Assembly (NCBI GenBank): GCA_963782915.1
Contig: CAWALK010000022.1
Location: 192,001-256,000 of the forward strand
From: an uncultured archaeon
GTDB lineage: Archaea; Thermoproteota; Bathyarchaeia; Bathyarchaeales; Bathycorpusculaceae
Direction: 5' to 3'
Length of the DNA: 64,000 bases
The notes under the pieces were generated by a model. That model searched no databases. It was not told the origin of the DNA and was given only the letters and a program-made list of their open reading frames with translations. The position numbers were made by a program, and so were the translations under genes. Positions 63,317 to 64,000 of the stretch are shown piece by piece (the stretch's first letter is position 1; each line of letters starts with the position of its first letter).

Positions 63317-64000
63317 AGGAAACCTACATTAAAGAATTCGCTCAAATCACACCCGCACCCAACAATCCAGTGCTCATCGAAGGCTTACCCGGACTTGGGC
63401 TTAGTTGGCAAAATCGCATTACGCTACCTCATCAAAGAACTCAAAGCCAAAAAAATCGCTTACCTCTACATCCCACACTTCCCATACTTCGTTCTCGTCA
63501 ACAAAAAAGGCAACGTACGCCTACTCAGAGGCGCATTCTACTACTACCAAAACCCCAAAGGCTCAGACATCATCCTATTCACAGGCGACAGCCAATCTCA
63601 AACCATTGAAGGCCAATACGAAATCGCCGACCGCATGCTAGACTTCAGCTGAGAAGCATGGCGTGAAAACCATCGCAACCATCGGCGGCTACCGCATGGA
63701 ACCCAAAGAAAAACCCAAAGTCTACCTCGCCGCAACCAACCACGACATCCTAAACAAAGCCATCGAAGGCGGCGCAACCTTGTCCACAGCAGGAAGCCCC
63801 ATCGTCGGCACCGCAGGACTCATCTTAGGCTTAGCAAAATTCAAAAAAATCGAAGCAATCTGCCTACTGGGCGAAACCCGCGGTTACCTACCGGACCCAC
63901 TCGCAGCCAAAAGCGTCCTAGAAGTCCTCAAATCAACATTCAACTTTGACTTGGACCTCAAAGGCTTAGACGACGAAATCGCAAAAGCAGAAACCATGGT
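63313..64000 (+). CDS. PAC2 proteasome assembly chaperone family protein, frameshifted, runs off window
   Basis: LIEGLPGLGLVGKIA, TGDSQ, TIGGY, IVGTAGLILG, CLLGETRGY.PDP.AA. Confidence 0.93.

Overview
Archaeal chromosomal DNA. TACK-type gene order and expanded large beta-propeller surface proteins suggest Bathyarchaeia, which is an inference. Many 1-nt frameshifts in essential genes point to uncorrected long-read consensus errors. The right half is mostly core information-processing genes (SRP54, pus10, rpl21e, rpo4, rsmA, rpl10e, ppsA, dph2, csl4, rpo11, TFS, GINS, priS/priL, PCNA, rpl44e, rps27e, nop10, PAC2). The left half carries four paralogous ~860-920 aa membrane-anchored PQQ-like beta-propeller surface proteins with TrmB/Lrp regulators, a partner-switching (RsbW/RsbV) module, a tRNA-Ser island remnant and a toxin-antitoxin pair; a second pair lies near 59 kb. 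The main discovery is a family of four ~105-120 nt non-coding elements at 7885, 9210, 15164 and 32837. Each folds on the + strand into a canonical bulge-helix-bulge (BHB) splicing motif enclosing a 92-96 nt intron-like RNA. That RNA carries an internal hairpin and a segment antisense to a Shine-Dalgarno + start-codon region like those of the surface-protein paralogs. Three copies sit directly 3' of those genes. This suggests EndA-excised, possibly circular, antisense RNAs controlling translation of a surface-protein family. Also found: a box C/D guide RNA and two families of intergenic repeats.
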